Program-made: the position numbers and the translations under genes
Shown here: positions 46,584-57,151 of the stretch, one piece after another
How the letters are laid out: each line of letters opens with the position of its first letter
Numbering within the stretch: position 1 is the first letter of the stretch
Source of the DNA: Thermoanaerobaculia bacterium
GTDB lineage: Bacteria; Acidobacteriota; Thermoanaerobaculia; Gp7-AA8
Assembly: GCA_035627015.1 (NCBI GenBank)
Contig: DASPMO010000081.1
Coordinates: 8,339-72,338 of the forward strand
Length of the DNA: 64,000 nucleotides
Reading direction: 5' to 3'
Notes under the pieces: model-generated
Databases searched by the model: none
What the model was told of the DNA's origin: nothing
What the model saw: only the letters and a program-made list of their open reading frames with translations

Positions 46584-47674
46584 CGCGCCTTGCGCAGCAC
46601 CAGCCGCAGGTCCTGCGGCGCGAACAGCCGGTCGTTCAGCGCGTGGATCACCCGCTGCAGCTCCGGCGGATCGCTCTCGTGGATGGCGAGCTTCGCCCCC
46701 TCGGCGACCTCGTGCACGGCACGCACTTCCTCGATCTCGAAGCCGTGCTCGCGCGCGAGCACCGTCAGCGCGGCCGGATGCCGCGGCGCGATGTGCGTCG
46801 GGTCGCGCCAGAAGTCGGAGGCGGCGATGAGGATGGACTCGGCGTTCGGCGTCTCGATCATCAGCAGCCCGCCGCCGCGCAACACGCGCGCCGACTCGCG
46901 AAAGAGCGCGAAGAGTGCGTCGACCGGCAGATGCTCGACGACGTGCATGGCCACGACACTCCCCAGCGACCCGTCCGCGATCGCACCGAAACACTCCGGC
47001 ACGCCCGCGAGCGAGACGTCCAGTCCGCGCTGCCGCAGGTCGGCCACCGAGCGCTCATTCGTGTCCACGCCGCGCGCCTCGCTCCCCGCCTCGCGGCAGG
47101 CCACCAGAAACTCGCCGCGCCCGCAGCCGACGTCGAGCACCGGCTGCTGCCCGGCGGCCAGACGCACGTAGTGCATCACGTCCGCGCGGACGTGCGCCTC
47201 GCTCCCGCGCAGCGAATCCTCGAGGCGGCGGTACAGCACGTCCGGCGCGTGAGCGACGACCGGGTTCACCGCGTCGCGCACGCGCACGGCCACGGTCTCG
47301 ATCTTCTGGTCGAGCGCGGCGATGAGCGCGTCGTTCCGCTTGGCGGCGATGGTCACCAGCTCGCGCAGGCGGGCGCTTTCGGCCGCCAGCGCGGCGGAGA
47401 GGTCGCGCTGCAGCGCGTCGAGGTCGGACCGGAAGTCGCGGCGCGCGGCCTCGACGTCGTTGCGCACGTCCTGCAGCAGGTCGAGGAGGACGAGGTTGAA
47501 GTTCTTCTGCCGCTCGGCGTCGGGCTCCGTGGCGCGGCGCACCAGCCGGCGCAGACGGGCCAGGACCAGCTCCTGGCTCGACGCCCGCGGGCGGAAGCGC
47601 CGGTCCTCGCGCCACACCTCGCGCCAGCCATCCGCACCGGCGGGAGGAGCGTCGACGTAGCGATCGTCTGCCAT
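46580..47674 (-). CDS. class I SAM-dependent methyltransferase with a coiled-coil N-terminal region
   Basis: Motif I VLDVGCGRGEF, then VVAMHVVEHL and GGLLMIETPN. Confidence 0.75.
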   Translation of the reverse strand: MADDRYVDAPPAGADGWREVWREDRRFRPRASSQELVLARLRRLVRRATEPDAERQKNFNLVLLDLLQDVRNDVEAARRDFRSDLDALQRDLSAALAAESARLRELVTIAAKRNDALIAALDQKIETVAVRVRDAVNPVVAHAPDVLYRRLEDSLRGSEAHVRADVMHYVRLAAGQQPVLDVGCGRGEFLVACREAGSEARGVDTNERSVADLRQRGLDVSLAGVPECFGAIADGSLGSVVAMHVVEHLPVDALFALFRESARVLRGGGLLMIETPNAESILIAASDFWRDPTHIAPRHPAALTVLAREHGFEIEEVRAVHEVAEGAKLAIHESDPPELQRVIHALNDRLFAPQDLRLVLRKAR

Positions 47675-47686
47675 CGCGGGGAGAAT

Positions 47687-47749
47687 AACGTAGGGCGGGC
47701 TTCCGCCCGCCCCCCACGTGGGTGGGCGGGCTGAAGCCCGCCCTACGTT
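47687..47749 (-). terminator. pair of inverted GC hairpin elements (63-bp palindrome centred on CACGTG); likely terminator of the rplI operon
   Basis: AACGTAGGGCGGGCTTCCGCCCGCC-CCCACGTGGGT-GGGCGGGCTGAAGCCCGCCCTACGTT. It lies between the rplI stop (47757) and the methyltransferase start (47674). Confidence 0.6.
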
Positions 47750-47756
47750 TGCACTG

Positions 47757-48257
47757 CTACTCCGCGGCCGCTTCTTCCGCGGGCGCGGCTTCCGGCTCTT
47801 CCAGCTTCTCCACGCCCTGGGCCGCCACTTCCACCTGGATGGAGGCGGTCACGTCGCGGTGCAGGCGCACCTCGACGTCGTGCAGGCCGACGTTCTTGAT
47901 CGGCGAGCCGAGCTCGATGCGGCGCTTGTCCACCTCGATGCCCTTCTCCAGCAGCGCGTCCGCGATCTCGTTGGCGGTGACGGAGCCGAACAGCTGGCCG
48001 TGCTCGCCCACGCGCTTCTCGATGCGGATCTTCACGCCCTTGACGCGGTCGGCCTGTTTCTGCGCCGCGTTCTTCTCTTCCTGCGCGAGCAGGTCCCACT
48101 TGCGGCGCTGATGCTCGATCGTCTTCAGGTTGCTCGCCGTGGCTTCCTGGGCAAGGTTCTTCGGGAGGAGGTAGTTCCGCGCGTAGCCGTCCTTGACGGT
48201 CACGACGTCGCCGCGCGTCCCGAGGCCTCGGATCTCCTCAGTCAGAATGACTTTCAT
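47757..48257 (-). CDS. rplI: 50S ribosomal protein L9
   Basis: MKVILTEEIRGLGTRGDVVTVKDGYARNYLLPKNLA. Confidence 0.95.
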   Translation of the reverse strand: MKVILTEEIRGLGTRGDVVTVKDGYARNYLLPKNLAQEATASNLKTIEHQRRKWDLLAQEEKNAAQKQADRVKGVKIRIEKRVGEHGQLFGSVTANEIADALLEKGIEVDKRRIELGSPIKNVGLHDVEVRLHRDVTASIQVEVAAQGVEKLEEPEAAPAEEAAAE

Positions 48258-49251
48258 GAGAGTCGTCCTTTCGCTTCTTGAAATGTCGGAAATCGAAGAA
48301 TGGATCGAATAACCCCACCACGCCGAGGAGCAGCTGGCTCATGCCCGTGAAGAACATGAAGCCGATCAGCATCCACGCCAGCAGCGACCCCACCGGTCCC
48401 ACGCCCATGCTGAGGAGCATCGCGCGGAAGACCGCCAGTCCCTGCAGGATGTAGAGGAACACCACGACCACGAGCGTGTTCGCGGCGATCTTCTGCAGCA
48501 GCCCGCCGGCCAGCGGCGTCAGTCCGCCGAAGACGAAGGCGAACAGCAGCCACTCCGGCAGGGCGAAGTTGCGGAACAGGTACGGGCGGGCCGCCTCGAC
48601 GCTCTGCCACGCCCGCAGCCGGCCGTACATCAGCAGGCTGAGGATGTAGATCACGCTCAGCGACGCCAGGATCTGTCCCGGCAGCAGGTAGGCGTTGACC
48701 GGCCCGGCGCGCTCGGCGACGCGGATCATCTCCGCCGGCGCCTTCAGCTCGCGGTACATCCGCGCGACCTCGTTCCACATCTCCTTGGTCTGCGCCACCT
48801 GGGCGGCGAAGGGAGAGAAGGAGAGCAGCGCCTGCGAGGCCACTTCCGTCAGAGCCAGGCCCACCAGGGCGCCGGCCATCAGGAACATGAGCACGCGGCC
48901 GAACGACTCGGCGCGCGCGACCATCGGCACCGCCGCCATGGCCGGGATGGCCGCCGTCAGCACGACCGCCGCCAGCGAAGCCCAGGTCATGTACTGCAGA
49001 TCGGGCGTTTTGGCCTGCGTGGACGCGCCGTACGCGATCACGAGCAGCACGGTCACGGTCAGCACGGCCCAGCCGACGCGGCGTCCGTGGCGGATCGCGC
49101 AATGGATCAGCGCCGCCGGCACGAAGACCGGCATGGGCGTCACGATCATCAGCGCGGTCAGCAGCGAGTACCCGAGGACGCTGCGCGCCGGACGGCCGGA
49201 AGGCCGCTGCGGCAGCAGCACGGGCTCACTCTGGGGGAGAGTTTCGATCAT
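48238..49251 (-). CDS. polytopic membrane protein, DUF2232/YybS-like
   Basis: About 8 TM helices. Positioned between rpsR and rplI, as for yybS in Firmicutes (recollection). Confidence 0.6.
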   Translation of the reverse strand: MIETLPQSEPVLLPQRPSGRPARSVLGYSLLTALMIVTPMPVFVPAALIHCAIRHGRRVGWAVLTVTVLLVIAYGASTQAKTPDLQYMTWASLAAVVLTAAIPAMAAVPMVARAESFGRVLMFLMAGALVGLALTEVASQALLSFSPFAAQVAQTKEMWNEVARMYRELKAPAEMIRVAERAGPVNAYLLPGQILASLSVIYILSLLMYGRLRAWQSVEAARPYLFRNFALPEWLLFAFVFGGLTPLAGGLLQKIAANTLVVVVFLYILQGLAVFRAMLLSMGVGPVGSLLAWMLIGFMFFTGMSQLLLGVVGLFDPFFDFRHFKKRKDDSHESHSD

Positions 49252-49259
49252 TCGGAAAC

Positions 49260-49583
49260 TTAGTCGGCCGTGAACGGCAGCAGGGCGGCGATGCGCGCGC
49301 GCTTGATGGCGTTCTGCAGCTTGCGCTGGTGCAGCGCGCAGGTGCCGGAGATGCGGCGCGGCAGGATCTTTCCGCGCTCGGGGATGAACTGCTGCAGCGT
49401 CTTCACGTCCTTGAAGTCGATGTACTCGATCTTCTCGACGCAGAACTTGCAGACGCGCTTGCGGCGATAGAAGAACTTCTTCTTGCCGCCCTGGGGACCG
49501 CCACCGGGACCGCCGCGGCGATCGTCTCCGCCGCCCGGACCGCCGGGGCCTCTACGTCCTGGAGTCATCGTTGCCATGGTCAT
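49260..49583 (-). CDS. rpsR: 30S ribosomal protein S18 (with Gly/Pro/Arg-rich N-terminal extension)
   Basis: [53 protein letters not shown]. Confidence 0.93.
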   Translation of the reverse strand: MTMATMTPGRRGPGGPGGGDDRRGGPGGGPQGGKKKFFYRRKRVCKFCVEKIEYIDFKDVKTLQQFIPERGKILPRRISGTCALHQRKLQNAIKRARIAALLPFTAD

Positions 49584-49590
49584 GTCCTCC

Positions 49591-50022
49591 TTATGCCTGC
49601 GGCGCCGTCTCGTCGGCGGCGGCGATCATCGCGCTCTCCAGCTCGGGCGCGGCGGCGGCAGCGGGGGCGGCCGGCACGGCCGGGCGGACGCGCTCCTTCT
49701 TCGGATTGCGCTTGGCGAGCTTGTCCGCGCGCTTGTGCTCGAGGTCGGTGCGCACGATCACGTGACGCAGGACGCGGTCGACGTTCTTCATGCGGCGGTC
49801 GAGCTCGGAAAGCGAGGAGTCGCTCTCCAACACGAAGAGGTGGTAGATGCCTTCGTTCGACTTGTTGATGGGGTATGCGAGGCGGCGGCGGCCCCACGCT
49901 TCTTCGTTCTTCAGCGTGGCACCGTTCTTCTCGGCGATGCCCTTGAAATCGGTAATCAAGGTCGTCGCCTCTTCCTCCGTCACTTGCGGAGAAAGGATGA
50001 ACAGGACTTCATAAGTCCTCAT
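49591..50022 (-). CDS. rpsF: 30S ribosomal protein S6
   Basis: [29 protein letters not shown]...[10 protein letters not shown]. Confidence 0.93.
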   Translation of the reverse strand: MRTYEVLFILSPQVTEEEATTLITDFKGIAEKNGATLKNEEAWGRRRLAYPINKSNEGIYHLFVLESDSSLSELDRRMKNVDRVLRHVIVRTDLEHKRADKLAKRNPKKERVRPAVPAAPAAAAAPELESAMIAAADETAPQA

Positions 50023-50169
50023 GAATCCTCCTTCTGGCCTAGCGGAACCTCGCCTTGGCGGGGTTCAAGGAGCTGGCAGATTGTTAAAGAATGTCCGGAC
50101 CACGGACGGAGTCCGGGCCGGCAAGGATAGGCAAAGCACCGCGCGCGCGCAATTATTTCGCCGGGATCA

Positions 50170-50258
50170 GCTGTCAGTTGTCATCTCTCAGCTGTCAGGA
50201 GAACCACGGATATGATCCCGCCGCCTCTCCTGAGAGCTGAGAGCTGACAACTGACAGC
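50170..50258 (+). promoter_or_regulatory. 33-bp-arm inverted repeat (31/33 matches, 23-nt loop) ending 1 nt before the ansA start codon
   Basis: Left arm GCTGTCAGTTGTCATCTCTCAGCTGTCAGGAGA (50170-50202). Right arm TCTCCTGAGAGCTGAGAGCTGACAACTGACAGC (50226-50258). ATG at 50260. Confidence 0.6.
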
Positions 50259-50259
50259 C

Positions 50260-51273
<1,014 letters not shown>

Positions 51274-51413
51274 GACGTGTGGACATATTGACACCTGTAA
51301 GTCATTTGCCTGTCGACTTTTAACCCGATATACACAAGATGTGTCCACTTCCATACGCCATCCATGACTTCCGGCACATGCGGGGCCCGCGGAGGGGGGC
51401 GTAAGGTGCGGCC

Positions 51414-52130
51414 ATGCCTTCAGGAGTGGTCGTCCTTTCGAATGTGCGGAAGTCGTATCGTCTCGGAGCCGTGGACGTGCGCGCGCTGCGCGCCATCGAC
51501 CTGACCATCGACCACGGCGACTTCCTGGCCCTGGCCGGGGCGTCGGGCAGCGGCAAAACGACGCTGCTGAACCTCATCGGCTGCATCGACAAGCCGGACG
51601 GGGGACGGATCGCCCTCGACGGCAGAGATATCACCGCCCTCCCCCTGCACCGCCTGGCCGCCCTGCGCCGCCAGCGGCTCGGCTACGTGTTCCAGACCTT
51701 CAATCTCATCCCGGTGCTCACCGCCTGGGAGAACGTCGAGTACCCGCTGCTGCTGCAGAAGGTGCCGCGGCGCGAGCGCGACGCGCGGGTGCGGCGCTGG
51801 CTCGACCACGTCGGACTCTCCTCGGCGGCAAAGCAGCGTCCCGATGAGCTCTCCGGCGGCCAGCGCCAGCGCGTGGCCATCGCGCGGGCCATGGTCACGG
51901 AGCCGGCGCTGGTCCTGGCCGACGAGCCGACCGCGAACCTCGACTCCGCCACCTCCGCGCAGATCCTCGACCTGCTCCGCGCCCTGAACGAGGACACCGG
52001 CACCACCTTCGTCTTCGCCACGCACGACCCGCAGCTCATCGCGCGGGCCACGCGGCGCATCCACCTCCGGGACGGCGTGATCGTCGAGGAAGAGATCGAC
52101 TCCCCGCTCGTGGCCCAGGAGGCCTGCTGA
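51414..52130 (+). CDS. ABC transporter ATP-binding protein, MacB/LolD family
   Basis: GASGSGKTTLLN, LSGGQRQRVAIARAM, LVLADEPTANLD, and a Q-loop FVFQ context typical of the FtsE/LolD/MacB group. Confidence 0.9.
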   Translation: MPSGVVVLSNVRKSYRLGAVDVRALRAIDLTIDHGDFLALAGASGSGKTTLLNLIGCIDKPDGGRIALDGRDITALPLHRLAALRRQRLGYVFQTFNLIPVLTAWENVEYPLLLQKVPRRERDARVRRWLDHVGLSSAAKQRPDELSGGQRQRVAIARAMVTEPALVLADEPTANLDSATSAQILDLLRALNEDTGTTFVFATHDPQLIARATRRIHLRDGVIVEEEIDSPLVAQEAC

Positions 52131-53344
52131 TGCTGCTCCGGATCGCCTTCCGCAACGTCTTCCGCAACGGACGCCGCACCTCCATCACGCTGGTGGTGGT
52201 GGTCTTCGGCGCCGTGGCCATGATCCTCTTCGGCGGCTACAAGACCGTGACCTTCTACAACCTGCGGGAGAGCACGATCCGCAACCGCCTGGGCCACCTG
52301 CAGATCTTCGCCCGCGGCTATCTCTCCGCGAAGTCGCAGAAGCCGCTCCAGTACGGCCTCGACGACGTGCGCGCGCTGCGCGGTGCCGTGGAGAGCGACC
52401 CGCGCGTGAAGATGACCGCCGCCCAGATCTCGCTCATGGGGCTGATCAGCAACGGCGAGAGCTCCGAGACCTTCCTGGCCACGGCGGTCGAGCCGGAGAA
52501 GGACCGCTCGATGTCGAGCGTGCGCCTGCGCGCCGGGAGCTGGATCGATGAGCGGGAGACCGACGGCGTGATGCTCGGGCGCGGCCTGGCCGAGGCGATG
52601 AACGCCCGCCCCAACGACTACCTGACCCTCATGACCACCACCACCACCGGCTCGCTCAATGCGATCGACGTCCGGGTGGCGGGGATCTTTTCGACCGGGG
52701 TGAAGGAGTTCGACGACCGGGCCATCAAGATGCCCCTCGGCGGCGCGCAGCAGTTGCTGCAGACCGCGCGCGTGGAGCGGCTGATCGTGATGCTGCACGA
52801 CACCGAAGACACCAAGGCCGTCGAGACGGCGCTGCTGCAGACGCTGCGCGCACGCGGCCTCGACGTGGAGATGAAGGACTGGTCCGATCTGGCTACCTTC
52901 TACCACCAGGTCGTGCTGCTCTATAACGGGATCTTCGGCTTCCTCGGCATCGTCGTCTTCGCCATCGTCATCCTCAGCGTGATGAACACGACCATGATGA
53001 GCATCTTCGAGCGGACGCGCGAGATCGGCACGCTGATGGCCATCGGCACCACCCGCGCCCGCGTCTGGAACATGTTCCTGCTGGAGGGTTTCTTCATCGG
53101 CGCCATCGGCGCGGCCCTCGGCATCGCCGCCGGTCTCGGGACCGCGGCGCTGATCAATGCCGCGGACCTCATGCTGCCGCCGCCGCCGGGCTACACGGTC
53201 GGGTACCTGCTGCGCATCCGTCCGACGGCGCCCGTGCTGACGACGGCCCTGCTCATCTCGGTGATCACCGCCACCGTTTCCGCGGTCACGCCGGCCTTCA
53301 AGGCTTCGCGCCTGAAGATCGTCGACGCGCTGGGGCACATCTGA
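52130..53344 (+). CDS. ABC transporter permease, FtsX/MacB/LolCE-type (4 TM plus periplasmic domain)
   Basis: 404 aa. TM1, a roughly 220-aa extracytoplasmic domain, and a C-terminal FtsX-like three-helix bundle ...MSIFERTREIGTLMAIG. Start overlaps the ATPase stop. Confidence 0.85.
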   Translation: MLLRIAFRNVFRNGRRTSITLVVVVFGAVAMILFGGYKTVTFYNLRESTIRNRLGHLQIFARGYLSAKSQKPLQYGLDDVRALRGAVESDPRVKMTAAQISLMGLISNGESSETFLATAVEPEKDRSMSSVRLRAGSWIDERETDGVMLGRGLAEAMNARPNDYLTLMTTTTTGSLNAIDVRVAGIFSTGVKEFDDRAIKMPLGGAQQLLQTARVERLIVMLHDTEDTKAVETALLQTLRARGLDVEMKDWSDLATFYHQVVLLYNGIFGFLGIVVFAIVILSVMNTTMMSIFERTREIGTLMAIGTTRARVWNMFLLEGFFIGAIGAALGIAAGLGTAALINAADLMLPPPPGYTVGYLLRIRPTAPVLTTALLISVITATVSAVTPAFKASRLKIVDALGHI

Positions 53345-54066
53345 TGAAGCGCGCCATCGTCCTCTCGCTGGCCCTCGCGGCCGTCTCTCCGGTGCACGGC
53401 GCCGATCCGGCGGAGCTGCTGCGCCGCGTGGACGAAGCGCGCAATCCGCTGAAGAGCTTCGTCGTGGACGTCGAGCTCACGTCGTACGAGAAAGGGCGCA
53501 CGAGCGTCTCGAAGTACCGCGTCTACGGCAAGGGGAGCGATCGCAGCCTGGTCGAGTTCCGCGAGCCGGCCACGGACAAGGGGAAGTTCCTGCTGATGTC
53601 GCGCGACGCCATGTGGATCTACCTGCCGGACACGAGCCGCCCGATCCGCATCTCGCCGCTGCAGCGCCTCTCCGGCCAGGCCTCGAACGGCGACGTGGCG
53701 CGCACCAGCTTCACCGTCGACTACGAGGCGCGCGAGGCGGCCGAGGATCGCGTGGAAGAGCGCGACGCCTGGCGCCTCGACCTCGTGGCCCGGGATCCGG
53801 CCGTGGCCTACAAGAGCGTGCGGCTCTGGATCGACCGCGGCACGCTGCAGCCGATCATGGCCGACTTCTCGGTCGTCTCCGGCAAGCGCATCAAGCGCGC
53901 GCACTACCGCGAGTACGGGACGATGGCCAGGCGCAGCGTCGTCACGCTCGTGGAGATCGAAGACCTCCTGCGGCCCGGCTTCCGCACCGTGATGCGCTAC
54001 TCGAACCTGCAGGAGAAGGACAACCCCGAGAAGATGTTCAACAAGGAGTCGCTCGGCAAATGGTGA
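53344..54066 (+). CDS. outer-membrane lipoprotein-sorting (LolA-like) protein
   Basis: Signal peptide MKRAIVLSLALAAVSPVHG. Family-typical LLRRVDEARNP...YRVYGKGSDRSLVEF..P...GKFLLM...MWIYLP....IRISP. Confidence 0.7.
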   Translation: MKRAIVLSLALAAVSPVHGADPAELLRRVDEARNPLKSFVVDVELTSYEKGRTSVSKYRVYGKGSDRSLVEFREPATDKGKFLLMSRDAMWIYLPDTSRPIRISPLQRLSGQASNGDVARTSFTVDYEAREAAEDRVEERDAWRLDLVARDPAVAYKSVRLWIDRGTLQPIMADFSVVSGKRIKRAHYREYGTMARRSVVTLVEIEDLLRPGFRTVMRYSNLQEKDNPEKMFNKESLGKW

Positions 54067-55241
54067 GGCTTCTTCCCGCCGTGCTCGTGCTGGGCGCCGC
54101 CATCGCGGCGCGGGGCGCGGAGCTGCGCGTCTTCGGCTCGGCCGGGGGCGAAGGAAGGCTCACCCCGGCCAGCAGCGCCTCGCCGCTGAATCCGGGCAAC
54201 GTGCTGGGGCTCCCCTACCGCTCCGCCTCGAGCGACGTGACCACGTTCATCGAGGCGGTCCCGGCGACGAATCGCTGGAAGGCGCACCTCAAGCTGCGCG
54301 CCAGCGGCGACGGCGCCGACGGCGACGTGCGCGGGCGTTTCCGCGTCGGCGAGGCCTTCCTGCAGACGCATCTCGCCGGCTGGCTCGACGTCGCCGTCGG
54401 ACGGCGCATCGAGAAGTGGGGCACCGGCTACGCGTGGAACCCCACCGGCTTCGTCAACCCGCGAAAAGACCCCGCCGACGCCGGCGATCGCCTCAAGGCC
54501 CGCACCGGCGCCGACCTGGTCCGCGCCGACGTCTTCGTGCGCGACGTGAACGTCTCGCTCTACCTTCTGCCGCGCTTCGGCTGGGACACGGACGAGGTCT
54601 CGGGCCGCGGCCGTCCCGACTTCGCCGCGCGCGCCTACCGCCTCGTCGCGGGGACGGACGTCTCCGTGATGTACCGGCGCGACGGACAGCAGGCGCGCAG
54701 CGACAGCGCCGGGTTGAGCGTGGCCCGGACCTTCGGCGACGCGGTCGAGCTGCACGCCGAGGCGGCCACCCTCGAGCGCGAAGGGGGCCGGCGCTACACC
54801 GAGGCGCTGGTAGGCGGGCAGTACACCTTCGCCAACGGGCTGAACGTGATCGCGGAGCTCTTCCACGGCGGCAGCGGCCTGACCGCCGGCCAGTGGTCGG
54901 CCTTCCGCGACGACGTGGCCGTGGCGCGCTCCCGCTGGGCCACCGGCGACGTCCGGCCGCTCCTGGCGGCCAACGCGCGCTACGCGCCGCTGCAGATGGC
55001 CCGCGACTATTCGTTCGTGCGCGTCTCCCGCGCCTGGCCCCGCCGGGGCGGCGTGGAGCTGCTGGCCATCACCAACCTGCGCGACGGCTCGACCATCGCC
55101 CGCGGCACGGTCTCGCGGGAGCTGCGCGCCAACCTGCAGGTCTATCTCCTTCAGACGGAACTTCTGGGGAACGCCGGGTCAGAGCTCGGTTACGCCCAGA
55201 TCGAACGGCAGACGAATTTCGGTTTTCGCCTGCACTACTGA
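54060..55241 (+). CDS. putative outer-membrane beta-barrel protein
   Basis: Signal peptide MVRLLPAVLVLGAAIAARGA, alternating beta-strand pattern, C-terminal FGFRLHY (terminal aromatic residue). The ATG overlaps the end of the LolA-like gene. Confidence 0.6.
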   Translation: MVRLLPAVLVLGAAIAARGAELRVFGSAGGEGRLTPASSASPLNPGNVLGLPYRSASSDVTTFIEAVPATNRWKAHLKLRASGDGADGDVRGRFRVGEAFLQTHLAGWLDVAVGRRIEKWGTGYAWNPTGFVNPRKDPADAGDRLKARTGADLVRADVFVRDVNVSLYLLPRFGWDTDEVSGRGRPDFAARAYRLVAGTDVSVMYRRDGQQARSDSAGLSVARTFGDAVELHAEAATLEREGGRRYTEALVGGQYTFANGLNVIAELFHGGSGLTAGQWSAFRDDVAVARSRWATGDVRPLLAANARYAPLQMARDYSFVRVSRAWPRRGGVELLAITNLRDGSTIARGTVSRELRANLQVYLLQTELLGNAGSELGYAQIERQTNFGFRLHY

Positions 55242-55247
55242 GTGATC

Positions 55248-56498
55248 ATGAGCGTCATGACGCAAGAATGGCCCGCCGGCAACCGGCTCCTCGCATCGTG
55301 GAGCAGGGTGGCCGGGCTGCGCATTCCGTGGGCGGCGGACGAGGTCCCGATGCCGCGCCTGCAGCGCACCGGCTCGGCGCGCAACGTGCGCAAGATGATG
55401 GTCCTGGCCGCGTCGGCGTGGCTGATCACCAGCCTGCCGCACGTCCTCCGGCACAAGCCCGTGCAACTGCTCTCGATGTACGCCTGGCTGGCGCTCTATT
55501 TCTTCTTCGGCATCCTGCTGGTGCTCTTCTTCCGGACCCGCACCGGCACGCTGGCCAGCCTGGCCGTGACGGTCGTGCAGAGCGTCGTCGCCCTCGTGCT
55601 CGTCTCCCACGACACCCATGACGGCTACCAGGCCATCCTCCTGGTGATCGTGGCCGTGCAGCTCGGCAGCGACTTCCGGCCGGTGCTGGGCGTGCCCTGG
55701 GTGCTGCTGCAGACGGTGGTCTTCGCGATGCTGCTGACGCGGGTCGAGTCGCTGCCCAACGCACTGCTGACGGCCGCGGCGTACCTGACGTTCCAGATGT
55801 TCGCCCTCTTCGCCACGCATCTCGCCGTCGGCGAGGCGCAGGCGCGGCAGGCACTGGCCCGCGCGAACGCGGAGCTCAGCGCGGCCACGCAACTGCTCGA
55901 GGCCACCAGCCGCACCGGCGAGCGCCTGCGCATCGCGCGCGACCTCCACGACCTGATCGGCCATCACCTCACTGCGCTGAGCCTCAACCTGGAGGTGGTC
56001 AGCCATCTCCGCGAAGGGGCGGCGCGCGACCAGCAGATCGACACGGCCAAGCGCCTGACCAAGCTGCTGCTGAACGACGTCCGCGACGTGGTCAGCCGCA
56101 TGCGCGACGAAGCGCCGCTCGACCTCCAGGAAGCGCTCCGCCCGCTGACCGAGGCGGTGCAGCGTCCCGTCATCGAGCTCGACATCCCGCCCAACTTCAC
56201 CGTCAGCGACGCCGCGGTCTCGCTCACCGCGCTGCGCTGCGTCCAGGAGATCGTCACGAATACCGTCCGTCACTCCGGCGCGCAGCGCCTGCGCATCCGC
56301 GTCCGCCTCGACGAGCACACGCTCTGCATCGACTCCCGCGACGACGGCCACGGCATCGACCTGGTGCGGCCGGGCAACGGCCTGCGCGGCATGCGCGAGC
56401 GCGTCGAGGCGCTGCGCGGAACGCTCCTCCTCGAGTCGGAGCCCGGCAAAGGCTTCAGCGTGCATCTGCGCATCCCGCTGCAGGGGGAGGGGCGATGA
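55248..56498 (+). CDS. intramembrane-sensing histidine kinase, HisKA_3/NarL-partner type
   Basis: About 5 TM helices with no large periplasmic loop. H-box RIARDLHDLIGHHLTAL. HATPase ...DDGHGI...GNGLRGMRERV...G. The start could also be GTG 55242. Confidence 0.85.
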   Translation: MSVMTQEWPAGNRLLASWSRVAGLRIPWAADEVPMPRLQRTGSARNVRKMMVLAASAWLITSLPHVLRHKPVQLLSMYAWLALYFFFGILLVLFFRTRTGTLASLAVTVVQSVVALVLVSHDTHDGYQAILLVIVAVQLGSDFRPVLGVPWVLLQTVVFAMLLTRVESLPNALLTAAAYLTFQMFALFATHLAVGEAQARQALARANAELSAATQLLEATSRTGERLRIARDLHDLIGHHLTALSLNLEVVSHLREGAARDQQIDTAKRLTKLLLNDVRDVVSRMRDEAPLDLQEALRPLTEAVQRPVIELDIPPNFTVSDAAVSLTALRCVQEIVTNTVRHSGAQRLRIRVRLDEHTLCIDSRDDGHGIDLVRPGNGLRGMRERVEALRGTLLLESEPGKGFSVHLRIPLQGEGR

Positions 56499-57151
56499 TC
56501 CGGGTCATGATCGTGGAGGACCAGACGATCGTCCGGCAGGGGCTGCGCAGCCTGCTCGCGCTTCTCGGCGACATCGAGATCGTGGGCGAGGCCGCGGACG
56601 GCGAGGAAGCCCTCGCCCTCGTCCCGCGCGTGCGGCCCGACGTGATGCTGCTCGACCTGCGCATGCCCCGCCTGGACGGCCTGGGCGTGCTCGAGCGCCT
56701 CTCCTTCGGCGGCACGCTGCCGCCGACGCTCATCCTGACGACGTTCGACGACGACGAGATGCTCTTCGAGGCGGTCCGCGCCGGGGCCAGGGGCTACCTG
56801 CTCAAGGACGTGTCGCTCGACCGGCTGGCCAACGCCATCCGCAACGTCGCCGCCGGACGCACCGCCATCGAGCCGGTCGTCACCGAGCGCATCGTGCGCG
56901 CCTTCGACCACGGCGACGCGCCGGCGCGTCCGGCCCCGCTCACCGAGGCCACGGACGTCGAAGCGCTGACCGACCGCGAGAACGCCGTGCTCAAGCTCGT
57001 CGCGGGCGGCTACAGCAATCACGAGATCTCTACGCTCCTGAACATCACCGACGGGACGGTGAAGAACCACATTTCGAACGTGCTGGCCAAGCTGGGCGTG
57101 CGCGATCGCACCCGCGCCGTCCTGAAGGCCATCGACCTTGGTTTGATCTGA
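56495..57151 (+). CDS. NarL/LuxR-family response regulator
   Basis: MIRVMIVEDQTIVRQGL...DVMLLDLRMP...LTTFDDD. HTH LTDRENAVLKLVAGGYSNHEISTLLNITDGTVKNHISNVLAKLGV. ATGA overlap with the kinase gene. Confidence 0.92.
   Translation: MIRVMIVEDQTIVRQGLRSLLALLGDIEIVGEAADGEEALALVPRVRPDVMLLDLRMPRLDGLGVLERLSFGGTLPPTLILTTFDDDEMLFEAVRAGARGYLLKDVSLDRLANAIRNVAAGRTAIEPVVTERIVRAFDHGDAPARPAPLTEATDVEALTDRENAVLKLVAGGYSNHEISTLLNITDGTVKNHISNVLAKLGVRDRTRAVLKAIDLGLI

Noticed and set aside
51288-51334. Sigma70-like hexamers in the lower-GC spacer before the ABC operon (TTGACA at 51288; TTGCCT-17-TATACA at 51306-51334), and TTGTCA-18-GATTAT at 32411-32440
   Set aside because: These are plausible by eye, but there are multiple alternative hexamers and promoter consensus for this phylum is uncertain. 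They are not supportable as features without TSS data.
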